A DNA stretch of 55,554 nt from a virus (taxonomy: Duplodnaviria; Caudoviricetes): positions 1 through 55,554 of IMG/VR virus record IMGVR_UViG_3300030325_000004, one strand, 5' to 3'. Positions 16,193 through 23,302 of the stretch are shown piece after piece. A program made the position numbers and the translations under genes. The notes under the pieces are model-generated. The model made no database searches. It had not been told where the DNA came from and worked only from the letters and a program-made list of their open reading frames with translations. Numbering within the stretch: position 1 is the first letter of the stretch; each line of letters opens with the position of its first letter.

Positions 16193-16420
16193 ATGATGGA
16201 AGAGGCTGAATACTACAAGACTCTGTGCGCTCTCCAGAAGAAAACACTGGAAGATTGCTGGAAGTTCATTCACGCAACAAACCGACCAACGGACCTTGAC
16301 TCGGCATCTGCCCGTGAATGGTCGCTGAGTAGCCAACTTCTGTATTGCCGCAAGGACAATGACGCTTTGCGGGAACTTGCCGAGGAATACCGGGAGAGGC
16401 TTCATGCCATCACCAACTAA
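16193..16420 (+). CDS. hypothetical protein
   Basis: GGAGGG RBS. Confidence 0.55.
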   Translation: MMEEAEYYKTLCALQKKTLEDCWKFIHATNRPTDLDSASAREWSLSSQLLYCRKDNDALRELAEEYRERLHAITN

Positions 16421-16594
16421 AAGATATGCCGTTTACGCATTCCCCTCGCTTTACGGGACCCCTTGGTACGCAGGCAATAGATCCGTCGCTCTGGCGAAGG
16501 CGGTTGCGCGGCTTCTGGTTTCTTTTGCTCTTGGGAGTTGCGAAGAAATCAGGGTTGTAGACACAAAGGATGATAATCATCTTTGGGTGATTTA

Positions 16595-16972
16595 ATGGCT
16601 AAGCGAACCCCTATGAAAGTAACTAAACCCAAGCCCCCACTTGAGAAGGAAGTTCAGAAGGCCATCATCGAGGCATTCTGGGCCAAGTATCGGATCGAGC
16701 TGGTGCCAACCGATGCGGGGGGCAAGGGGTTCCGGGGGAAGGCTGGGACGGTCCACGGACACTCCGGCATTCCCAGTGGGTTCCCCGATCTCGTGGGGGT
16801 CATCCCACCGACCGGGAGGGCCATCTACATCGAAGTCAAGCGGACGGGGCAGAAGGTTGTAGCCGGTGGACTACAAGAGGGCTGGATCCTGAAGCTATCC
16901 ACTTGGGGGGCAGTCTCTTTCTGGGCTGATTCCGTGGATGCCGCCATCAAGGCGTACGAGGCTTACCGATGA
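16595..16972 (+). CDS. VRR-NUC (PD-(D/E)xK) nuclease
   Basis: EKEVQKAII...GFPDLVG...YIEVKR...Q. Confidence 0.85.
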   Translation: MAKRTPMKVTKPKPPLEKEVQKAIIEAFWAKYRIELVPTDAGGKGFRGKAGTVHGHSGIPSGFPDLVGVIPPTGRAIYIEVKRTGQKVVAGGLQEGWILKLSTWGAVSFWADSVDAAIKAYEAYR

Positions 16973-17382
16973 ACCATCCCAAACCTTCGATTGATTACAT
17001 CGAACTCACTTACGGGACATCGTTTCAGGCATCCGTTAGGCTTGACAAGGAATACGAAGAACGGTTCAAGAACAACAAGACCTTCACCGATGAATATGAA
17101 TATCCCTGCTCTTACGGCACACTTGCAAGAAGGATCATGGTCCATATCCTTGGCTTTTCTGATCCCCAAACAATAACCTATCGGACCCCGACCTCTTGGT
17201 GGCAAATGCTCAAACGAGACCATGCCCCAGATTGGTTTAAATCTAAATTCCCCGTTCGCGAGAATGTAGATGTCATCGAAATCAAGGATATTTTCCCGTT
17301 CCCCAAGGAGAAGTTCCCGGATGGCATCGGGCCTTGCGTCAGAATTGCCACCCTTAAGAATCATTTGTGGGGCGAAGAATGA
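16969..17382 (+). CDS. hypothetical protein
   Basis: ATGA-coupled; PTSWWQMLK motif. Confidence 0.7.
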   Translation: MNHPKPSIDYIELTYGTSFQASVRLDKEYEERFKNNKTFTDEYEYPCSYGTLARRIMVHILGFSDPQTITYRTPTSWWQMLKRDHAPDWFKSKFPVRENVDVIEIKDIFPFPKEKFPDGIGPCVRIATLKNHLWGEE

Positions 17383-17729
17383 ACCGCGATCTGATTATGG
17401 TAGAGGCAGCTCGCGGAATGCCGTATGGTGTAAAACTGTTCGATGTCCACATCAATCCAAGCGGATCAATGATCTTTTTCTTGGACTATGGGCATGAAAG
17501 GTCTAGCATTGTAATTGCACCCGGAGACGACCCCGTTGGGCGTTTCCACAAATTGCTGAAGGAGGCAATCATGGCGCGTGAGATCGGGATGAAGAAGGGG
17601 GCCTCTGCCAGGGCGAAGGCTTACGACGAAATGATGGATAAGAAGAAGGGCCTCAAGGAAGGTAGCCCGCGTGATCTCGCAATGGACAAGAAGGCCATGA
17701 AGAAGTTCCCGGCCAAGAAAGGAAAGTGA
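17379..17729 (+). CDS. hypothetical protein with an internal in-frame start (17571) giving a Lys-rich peptide
   Basis: AAGGAGG RBS before ATG 17571 within the ORF. Confidence 0.6.
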   Translation: MNRDLIMVEAARGMPYGVKLFDVHINPSGSMIFFLDYGHERSSIVIAPGDDPVGRFHKLLKEAIMAREIGMKKGASARAKAYDEMMDKKKGLKEGSPRDLAMDKKAMKKFPAKKGK

Positions 17730-17839
17730 CATGAAGGACAACTGCGAAGCCACTCCCGTCAAGTGCCCGGTGGATGTTTCCAGCCCCGGCAACCCCTCCT
17801 ATCAGTCTCAGCAGGACGGCAAGAAGAGGGAGGAGCAGA

Positions 17840-18019
17840 ATGGCAAAGAGTCCTAAACATCCTGGATTTGCCGCCGTAAAGTCCAAAATCCAGAAGGAAG
17901 GCTATACCCCCGAGCAGGCCGGTGCCATCCTCGCCTCCAAGACCCGAGCCGCAAGCCCGGCAGCCAAGGTGAAGAACCCCAACCTGAAGGCCGTCAAGAT
18001 GCCGAAGAAGGAGAAGTGA
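17840..18019 (+). CDS. small basic protein
   Basis: GGAGGAG RBS; HPGFAAVKSKIQKEGY...AGAILASKTRAAS. Confidence 0.7.
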   Translation: MAKSPKHPGFAAVKSKIQKEGYTPEQAGAILASKTRAASPAAKVKNPNLKAVKMPKKEK

Positions 18020-18159
18020 TGCCCCTCATCAAGAGCAAGTCCAAGAAGGCCGTTGGCGAGAACATTAAGCGTGAGATTGCTGCTGGTAAGCCCCAGAAAC
18101 AGGCGGTGGCCATCGCACTAGATGTTCAGCGTAAGGCGGGTGGCAAGAAGAAGCCTTGA
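18019..18159 (+). CDS. small basic protein (MPL...SKKAVGENI...GKPQKQAVAIAL family)
   Basis: Recurrent small phage protein motif; TGATG coupling. Confidence 0.75.
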   Translation: MPLIKSKSKKAVGENIKREIAAGKPQKQAVAIALDVQRKAGGKKKP

Positions 18160-18183
18160 CTTCCTCGCGTGATGGGTTACATT
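18156..18183 (+). promoter_or_regulatory. possible sigma70-type promoter
   Basis: TTGACT-16 bp-TACATT before a non-coding gap. Confidence 0.35.
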
Positions 18184-18296
18184 CTTGGTGTTGGGTGGAT
18201 CTTTTAACTCGTCTACCTCTCGGAGCAAGTTAAAGGACGAGTGACAAGCGGGACCACTGGCTTCATCGAGCCCGGTCCCGCCATTTGTTGGGAGAA

Positions 18297-18605
18297 GTGT
18301 TGAAGCCTTATCGGAACCCCAAGATTCTTCGCCTCGCGGAAGAATGCCCTCACTGCATGTATTGCGGGGAATCGAATCATGGCCAGATCGTGGCTTGTCA
18401 TTCCAACTCCCAGAAGTTCGACAAAGGCCTGGGGCAAAAGGCATCGGATGTCCCGATTGCCTATCTATGCGACCAATGCCATTCTCTTTATGACGGCAGG
18501 ATCGGGCCGCACTTGACCCAGCGGGACCGCGACATGGTTTTCTACGAGGCATCCTGTAAGAGCTGGCTTTGGCTGATGCGCGAAGGCTATTCGGAGGTTA
18601 AATGA
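18297..18605 (+). CDS. DUF1364/YbcO-like nuclease-domain protein
   Basis: YRNPKILRLA..CPHCMYCG...VACHSN...KGLGQKASD...CDQCH. Confidence 0.8.
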   Translation: MLKPYRNPKILRLAEECPHCMYCGESNHGQIVACHSNSQKFDKGLGQKASDVPIAYLCDQCHSLYDGRIGPHLTQRDRDMVFYEASCKSWLWLMREGYSEVK

Positions 18606-18778
18606 ATGCCCATGAAAGGGCTGTCAAGATCGAGAGGGACCGGCTGGTGTAGGGATCTGGAGGCGCTGGAGAGAACTCCCGGCGCAACCTTCGCGGAAGC
18701 AAGGGCATTGCGAGAAAAGATTGAGCACCTGGAGCTTCAGATCATCTGGTTCCAGAACGCACCGAAGAGGTGGTTTGA

Positions 18779-19042
18779 ATGAGTAAGCTGAAGCGAGCCA
18801 TGTTCTTCAAGGATAAATTCTTGTTGGATGATAAAACCGTCTTCCATGTCGTGGATGTTCGGTTCGACCAGGTGAAAACCAGGTATGGCTATCTGGGACA
18901 CAAGAAGCTATATTTTATCATGCAAGACATGTGCGACGGATCCGAAGTGTGGCATGCGTATGATGACAAGCGCCGCAAAAAACTTTATGTTGTGGTCGCC
19001 AGCCTGGAAGGAACACGGCTTGGTAATGGAGAACCCGAATAA
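18779..19042 (+). CDS. hypothetical protein
   Basis: GAGGTG RBS; last gene of the + strand block. Confidence 0.6.
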   Translation: MSKLKRAMFFKDKFLLDDKTVFHVVDVRFDQVKTRYGYLGHKKLYFIMQDMCDGSEVWHAYDDKRRKKLYVVVASLEGTRLGNGEPE

Positions 19043-19107
19043 GCCTATTGGCCTAGTGCATCGGCGGCTTCCTCAATAGGGTTCTCAACCACACCAAAGG
19101 GCCCCGC

Positions 19108-19416
19108 CTAATCGCGGGGCTTTTTCGTTCTGGTCCTAGTGCGTGGACGGGTGAACTTGATGTCATGGCTCTTGAGATCATCGGGGCGTTTCCACGGGAG
19201 GCCGGTATTGGCGTCTATCACAATCCCATCCATCGCCAGGCGCATCATGCCGGATAGGAACGCCTCTCGCCACTTGGCAGCCTCAAGCATTTCTTCTGCA
19301 TAACGCTCATCGAAGAACTGCCCGATCAGGATGGCCCGATTGCCCTCCTTCTTGAGCAGGCTCCAGGAGAACCCGTCCTCGGGATTGCCCTCTTCGGAAA
19401 CCAGCCATTCGGACAT
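19108..19416 (-). CDS. hypothetical protein
   Basis: GGGG RBS; MSEWLVSEEG... Confidence 0.65.
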   Translation of the reverse strand: MSEWLVSEEGNPEDGFSWSLLKKEGNRAILIGQFFDERYAEEMLEAAKWREAFLSGMMRLAMDGIVIDANTGLPWKRPDDLKSHDIKFTRPRTRTRTKKPRD

Positions 19417-19500
19417 GACAACCCCCAAGACTTTCTCATTATAGGAGGCCTTGGGGGTTGCGTTCAATAAACGAAAAGGCCGGTGTTTTTAGTATCTTCG

Positions 19501-20640
19501 TCACTCATAATCAACCCACTTCTTCCCCCGAATGAGTTGATCTTCCAAGATGACGGGCATGGCGAAGGTGATACCGTGCCTCGGGTGCGTCACAAAAAGA
19601 GCTTGTTTGGGTTGCTCGAATCCGAAATTTCCAGAGTTGGCATATTCATCATAGCCCTTGAGCGATCCGTTCACGATAACCCTACCCAGATGGCAGTACT
19701 GATGCCAGTGTCCGAGCAGCATGGTGTCAAACTCCAACCCAATTTGGCCGTTCCTTGACCGCTTCTTGTGGTCGCCACGAAGGATCGGCCCAAGAGCACC
19801 GACCATCCCATCGCCCCCACGGAACTGATCCCCGTGCGTGAGAAGATAGCGATGTCCGTAGATTGAATAGGAACAATCTGGACCGGAAGAGACCTGGAAG
19901 GATATCCGCTTGTCATCCTTGAATTCCCTTTCCAAGAGGCAATAGAGAAGCCAGTCATAAGAGGAGTGGACTCGCCCCTTAGCCCGCATTTTGAGCGTAT
20001 TGCGCCCATGGTTGCCGGTTACGCAGGGTACATGGACATGCCCGAAGGCGTCGGCAAAGGACCGGACGGAGGCGCAAAGAACCTCCAGAAGATCAAGGAC
20101 GGTTGGGATGGTGGGGATCTCGTTCGTCTCCCTCAGCTCATCGTGTATGTCCCCCGAAACCATATCCCCGCCGAGGGGGAACACGATTCCGGGGTAATTG
20201 GCATTGACCATGTGGTTACGGAGCAGGTCAATAGCCCGCTCGACCAGCTTCTTGGCGCGAGCATGGGCAATCCGCAAGTTGAACTTATTGACACCATTAA
20301 TCTGTTCTGGGTCCACGACTTCTCCCCAGTGCCAGTCACTTGCGAAAAGTGTCGGAACCCCTGGACTGTGCTTGGCCTTGGGCGGGTCAATGATCCAGGA
20401 TGGGACATCCGGCCTTGCATCTGAGAGTCCAAAAATCACCTCGCGGACATGTTTGTGATCTAACGCTTTTGCATTGTGCAGATCTCTGATTTCCAATTGG
20501 GCATTCGCCAGCCTATCGAATAGACCGGTTATGACCCGCGATGCCTCATCATTGTCCTTGGTTAATCTTTCTGCGCTTCTGCGAGCACTATCGCGTCTAG
20601 CGTTATCAAGTAACCAAAGTGGATCTTGCGCCTGGGCCAT
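19501..20640 (-). CDS. calcineurin-like metallophosphoesterase
   Basis: SDWHWGE, GDMVSG..H, GNHG, HGD, GHWH motifs. Confidence 0.9.
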   Translation of the reverse strand: MAQAQDPLWLLDNARRDSARRSAERLTKDNDEASRVITGLFDRLANAQLEIRDLHNAKALDHKHVREVIFGLSDARPDVPSWIIDPPKAKHSPGVPTLFASDWHWGEVVDPEQINGVNKFNLRIAHARAKKLVERAIDLLRNHMVNANYPGIVFPLGGDMVSGDIHDELRETNEIPTIPTVLDLLEVLCASVRSFADAFGHVHVPCVTGNHGRNTLKMRAKGRVHSSYDWLLYCLLEREFKDDKRISFQVSSGPDCSYSIYGHRYLLTHGDQFRGGDGMVGALGPILRGDHKKRSRNGQIGLEFDTMLLGHWHQYCHLGRVIVNGSLKGYDEYANSGNFGFEQPKQALFVTHPRHGITFAMPVILEDQLIRGKKWVDYE

Positions 20641-20683
20641 CTTGCCTCCTAGCACCAAAGTTTACGCATCATCAGGTACAAAG

Positions 20684-20893
20684 CAAGACCCCCGAAGGGG
20701 TCCTGTTCCGCAGGGTGTGGCCTCGACCACTCCGGCACGATCCCATGATGTCCTCACCACAAGGGTTAAAGGGGGATGATGGTTCGTTCTTCCTGCGAAG
20801 GGTTAGGCCATCTATCATCTGAACCCGGATCATCGTCGTTGAGGGAGCCGCGAATGTCGGAGAGCGTGGTTGCCTCCACGCGATGATATCTGG
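20684..20893 (-). ncRNA. candidate structured RNA downstream of the tRNA cluster
   Basis: Several nested helices and a terminal cUUCGg hairpin; no convincing ORF. Confidence 0.35.
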
Positions 20894-20897
20894 CCTT

Positions 20898-20975
20898 TGG
20901 TCGCGCCTGATGGATTCGAACCATCACTGGATAGCTCCTCAAGCTATTGCCTCTGCCAAGTTGGGCTAAGGCGCG
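20898..20975 (-). tRNA. tRNA-Leu(GAG), short variable loop
   Basis: Cloverleaf, atagc-tt GAG ga-gctat, TTCGAA, encoded CCA. Confidence 0.9.
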
Positions 20976-20979
20976 ATGT

Positions 20980-21057
20980 TGGTGCCCCTCGAAGGATTCG
21001 AACCTTCACTATACTGATTCTGAATCAGTCCTCTCTGCCAAGTTGGAGTAGAGGGGC
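20980..21057 (-). tRNA. tRNA-Leu(CAG), short variable loop
   Basis: actga-tt CAG aa-tcagt; encoded CCA. Confidence 0.9.
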
Positions 21058-21059
21058 CT

Positions 21060-21137
21060 TGGTCCCGGACCTGGGATTCGAACCCAGACTGAATCGTTTT
21101 TGAAAAGATCTCCTCTGCCTAATTGGGATAGACCGGG
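21060..21137 (-). tRNA. tRNA-Leu(CAA), short variable loop
   Basis: atctt-tt CAA aa-acgat; one mismatch each in the anticodon and acceptor stems; CCA. Confidence 0.8.
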
Positions 21138-21138
21138 A

Positions 21139-21226
21139 TGGTGCTGGCGGCGAGGATTCGAACCTGCGGTGCTTTTTACGGACCAGATTTACAGTCTGGT
21201 GCATTCGGCCACTTTGCTACGCCAGC
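21139..21226 (-). tRNA. tRNA-Tyr(GTA)
   Basis: ccaga-ct GTA aa-tctgg; long variable region; CCA. Confidence 0.9.
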
Positions 21227-21228
21227 GT

Positions 21229-21305
21229 TGGTGCCAACCGTGGGAGTCGAACCCACCCTTAGCGGGGTTTAAAGCCGCTGCCTCTACCTCATGGGCTAGG
21301 CTGGC
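21229..21305 (-). tRNA. tRNA-Leu(TAA), short variable loop
   Basis: gcggc-tt TAA ac-cccgc by register with the other Leu tRNAs; CCA. Confidence 0.8.
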
Positions 21306-21309
21306 AATA

Positions 21310-21397
21310 TGGAGGAAGATGTAGGATTCGAACCCACGGAGACTTGCGCCCCTTCGGTTTTCAAGACCGACGCAATAGACCGCTCTGCCAATCTTCC
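21310..21397 (-). tRNA. tRNA-Ser(TGA)
   Basis: tcggt-ct TGA aa-accga; long variable arm; CCA. Confidence 0.92.
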
Positions 21398-21402
21398 AGT
21401 TG

Positions 21403-22137
21403 TCAATGCTTCACTAGATTCTTCTCGGCTAGGTAGGTCGTAACCACGGCCCCAGCCACGTAAAGGTAACGCTTCTTCTTCTCTGCCGCAAGGGCCTTCT
21501 TCGTATCCACCACTACCACCCGAAGGCTATCCGCCTCCTTCTGGTGTAGGTCAGCACTCTTCTCAAAGGCATCGGCCTGCTTGGACCGCGAATCGGCCAA
21601 CTTCTCCGCAAGATCCTTCGCCTTGCCGAGCCCAGTAATCAGGTTCCCCTGCGCCTCGATCTTCTGTTCAAGGAACGGAACGCGAAGATTCTCCTTGCCC
21701 CAGCCCCAGATGGTCTTGCCATCACCCTCGGTGATACCAGCAAGGCTCGGGGAGATCGTCGTGCTGGGCTTCACCACCAGTTCAAGCCCCATGCCTTTAA
21801 GCTCTGAGATAAGCTGCTGTTTCTGCTCTGGGGCAGGACCGGGCTTGGGCGGGACCTGAATCTTGTCCACGGCGGTCTGGAGCTTCCCCAGCTTCGCGTC
21901 TGCCTTGTCGAGCTGAACCTTGAGGGTATCGGCATATTCCTTGAGGCGGAATGCCTCCTTCCATGCCTGCTGGGCCTCCTCTCGCTGACGGTTGGCTTCA
22001 AGTTCGTGCTGGCTGGCTTGCCCAAGAAGATAACGAGAACGCAGGGTCAATGCACCGGCCACAGAGACTCCTAGAAAGACAACAAGTATGGTCCATTTGT
22101 AGGGCCGGAGCAAGGCTGGAATTTGTTCCCTAAACAT
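21403..22137 (-). CDS. spanin-like (Rz-like) lysis protein
   Basis: N-terminal TM helix, long coiled coil, position after endolysin and holin. Confidence 0.55.
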   Translation of the reverse strand: MFREQIPALLRPYKWTILVVFLGVSVAGALTLRSRYLLGQASQHELEANRQREEAQQAWKEAFRLKEYADTLKVQLDKADAKLGKLQTAVDKIQVPPKPGPAPEQKQQLISELKGMGLELVVKPSTTISPSLAGITEGDGKTIWGWGKENLRVPFLEQKIEAQGNLITGLGKAKDLAEKLADSRSKQADAFEKSADLHQKEADSLRVVVVDTKKALAAEKKKRYLYVAGAVVTTYLAEKNLVKH

Positions 22138-22162
22138 AGGCTTTCATCCTTTGTGGTAGGCC

Positions 22163-22420
22163 TTAAGAATTTGAGGTGTCTTTAGGCGGTTCATCTTTCT
22201 TCCCCTTCCACTTATCGACAGCCGCCCAGGCCGTGCCACCAAGGCCAACGAGAGCGCACAGCCCATAGTAGGCATTGACCCAGTTCGCGTCAATGTCCGA
22301 TGCCCACAGTTTCTTGATGGAGAAGACGACCACGACCACGAACGCGAGTAGTTTCACATCCTTGGAGGAATCCTCGGAATCGAACCACCCGCGCAATGAG
22401 GTCACTAGGTTCTTGAACAT
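22163..22420 (-). CDS. holin-like protein
   Basis: Two TM helices, charged C-terminus, adjacent to endolysin. Confidence 0.6.
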   Translation of the reverse strand: MFKNLVTSLRGWFDSEDSSKDVKLLAFVVVVVFSIKKLWASDIDANWVNAYYGLCALVGLGGTAWAAVDKWKGKKDEPPKDTSNS

Positions 22421-22421
22421 A

Positions 22422-22874
22422 TCAAGCCTCGTATCTTGAGTAAATCATTTGGCCATCAGCATTGGGGTTGGCTGTAAAAGCAAGATGCTTAGGCTTCTCG
22501 CCGTCCTTGGCGACCTGAACATGGATCCAGGGGGAGTTGTGCTTCTCAAAAATAATTTTGTCAATCGGGAGGTCGTGCAGGTGAATCAGGGCCATCTGGA
22601 ATGCCTTGAACACATCCCCATTCGGGACGATATCAGCCGCGAGACCGAGGCGATGATACGAGTTTTCAACCCCACCAACGGCCCTGTTCACCGCTGGGCT
22701 GCGATACCACGAGTTGACATGCAATGGGCCAAGAAATACCCTTAGCGGCTCAAGAACCGTCTCTGCCAGACGGACCGCGTTGGGCCTTAGGACTTCGGGG
22801 ATATCGTTATCCAAACCAGTAGAGGTCGTAGTCGCCTCATCCCACAAAAAATGAACAGAAACATTCTCGGACAC
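22422..22874 (-). CDS. endolysin, peptidase M15A
   Basis: SWYRSPAVNRAVGG...SYHRLGLAADI...WIHV. Confidence 0.9.
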   Translation of the reverse strand: MSENVSVHFLWDEATTTSTGLDNDIPEVLRPNAVRLAETVLEPLRVFLGPLHVNSWYRSPAVNRAVGGVENSYHRLGLAADIVPNGDVFKAFQMALIHLHDLPIDKIIFEKHNSPWIHVQVAKDGEKPKHLAFTANPNADGQMIYSRYEA

Positions 22875-22906
22875 TTCATTACTCCAAAAGGTTATAAAGG
22901 GTTACA

Positions 22907-23299
22907 TTACTTGCGGACGAAATAGGCTACCAGAATCGCCCCAAGGAACCCAGATATGGTGAGCAACGCAAGTTGATGCCACCACTTAATACTTCCTCTG
23001 TCCCGCTGGGAGCGATCCTCTTCAATATCTCGGATCTGATTCTTCAGGCCGGTGACTTGAGTTTCTTGGAGCCGCCTCAGCTCTGCCGTCTCCCTTTCCT
23101 GGCGCTCAAGCCTTTCATTGATAGACCTGATAGTACCAGACATTTCCCCTAGCATTCTCGCTTCCTCCACTCTAGCATTTACTAGGGTATCAATCTTTAC
23201 CGCGATCTGGGTCACGCTCTCCCCAACGCGCTTAATTTCCTCCCGAACGGCAGTCATGGAGTTGTTGAACTCAGGTCGGGAGATAAAATCTTCAGGCAT
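22907..23299 (-). CDS. coiled-coil protein with C-terminal TM helix (lysis-associated)
   Basis: Architecture and position. Confidence 0.65.
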   Translation of the reverse strand: MPEDFISRPEFNNSMTAVREEIKRVGESVTQIAVKIDTLVNARVEEARMLGEMSGTIRSINERLERQERETAELRRLQETQVTGLKNQIRDIEEDRSQRDRGSIKWWHQLALLTISGFLGAILVAYFVRK

Positions 23300-23302
23300 A
23301 AA

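Noticed and set aside
21229-21305. Ochre suppressor tRNA (TTA anticodon)
   Set aside because: Register against the three other Leu tRNAs places TAA at the anticodon, and TAA is used normally as a stop.
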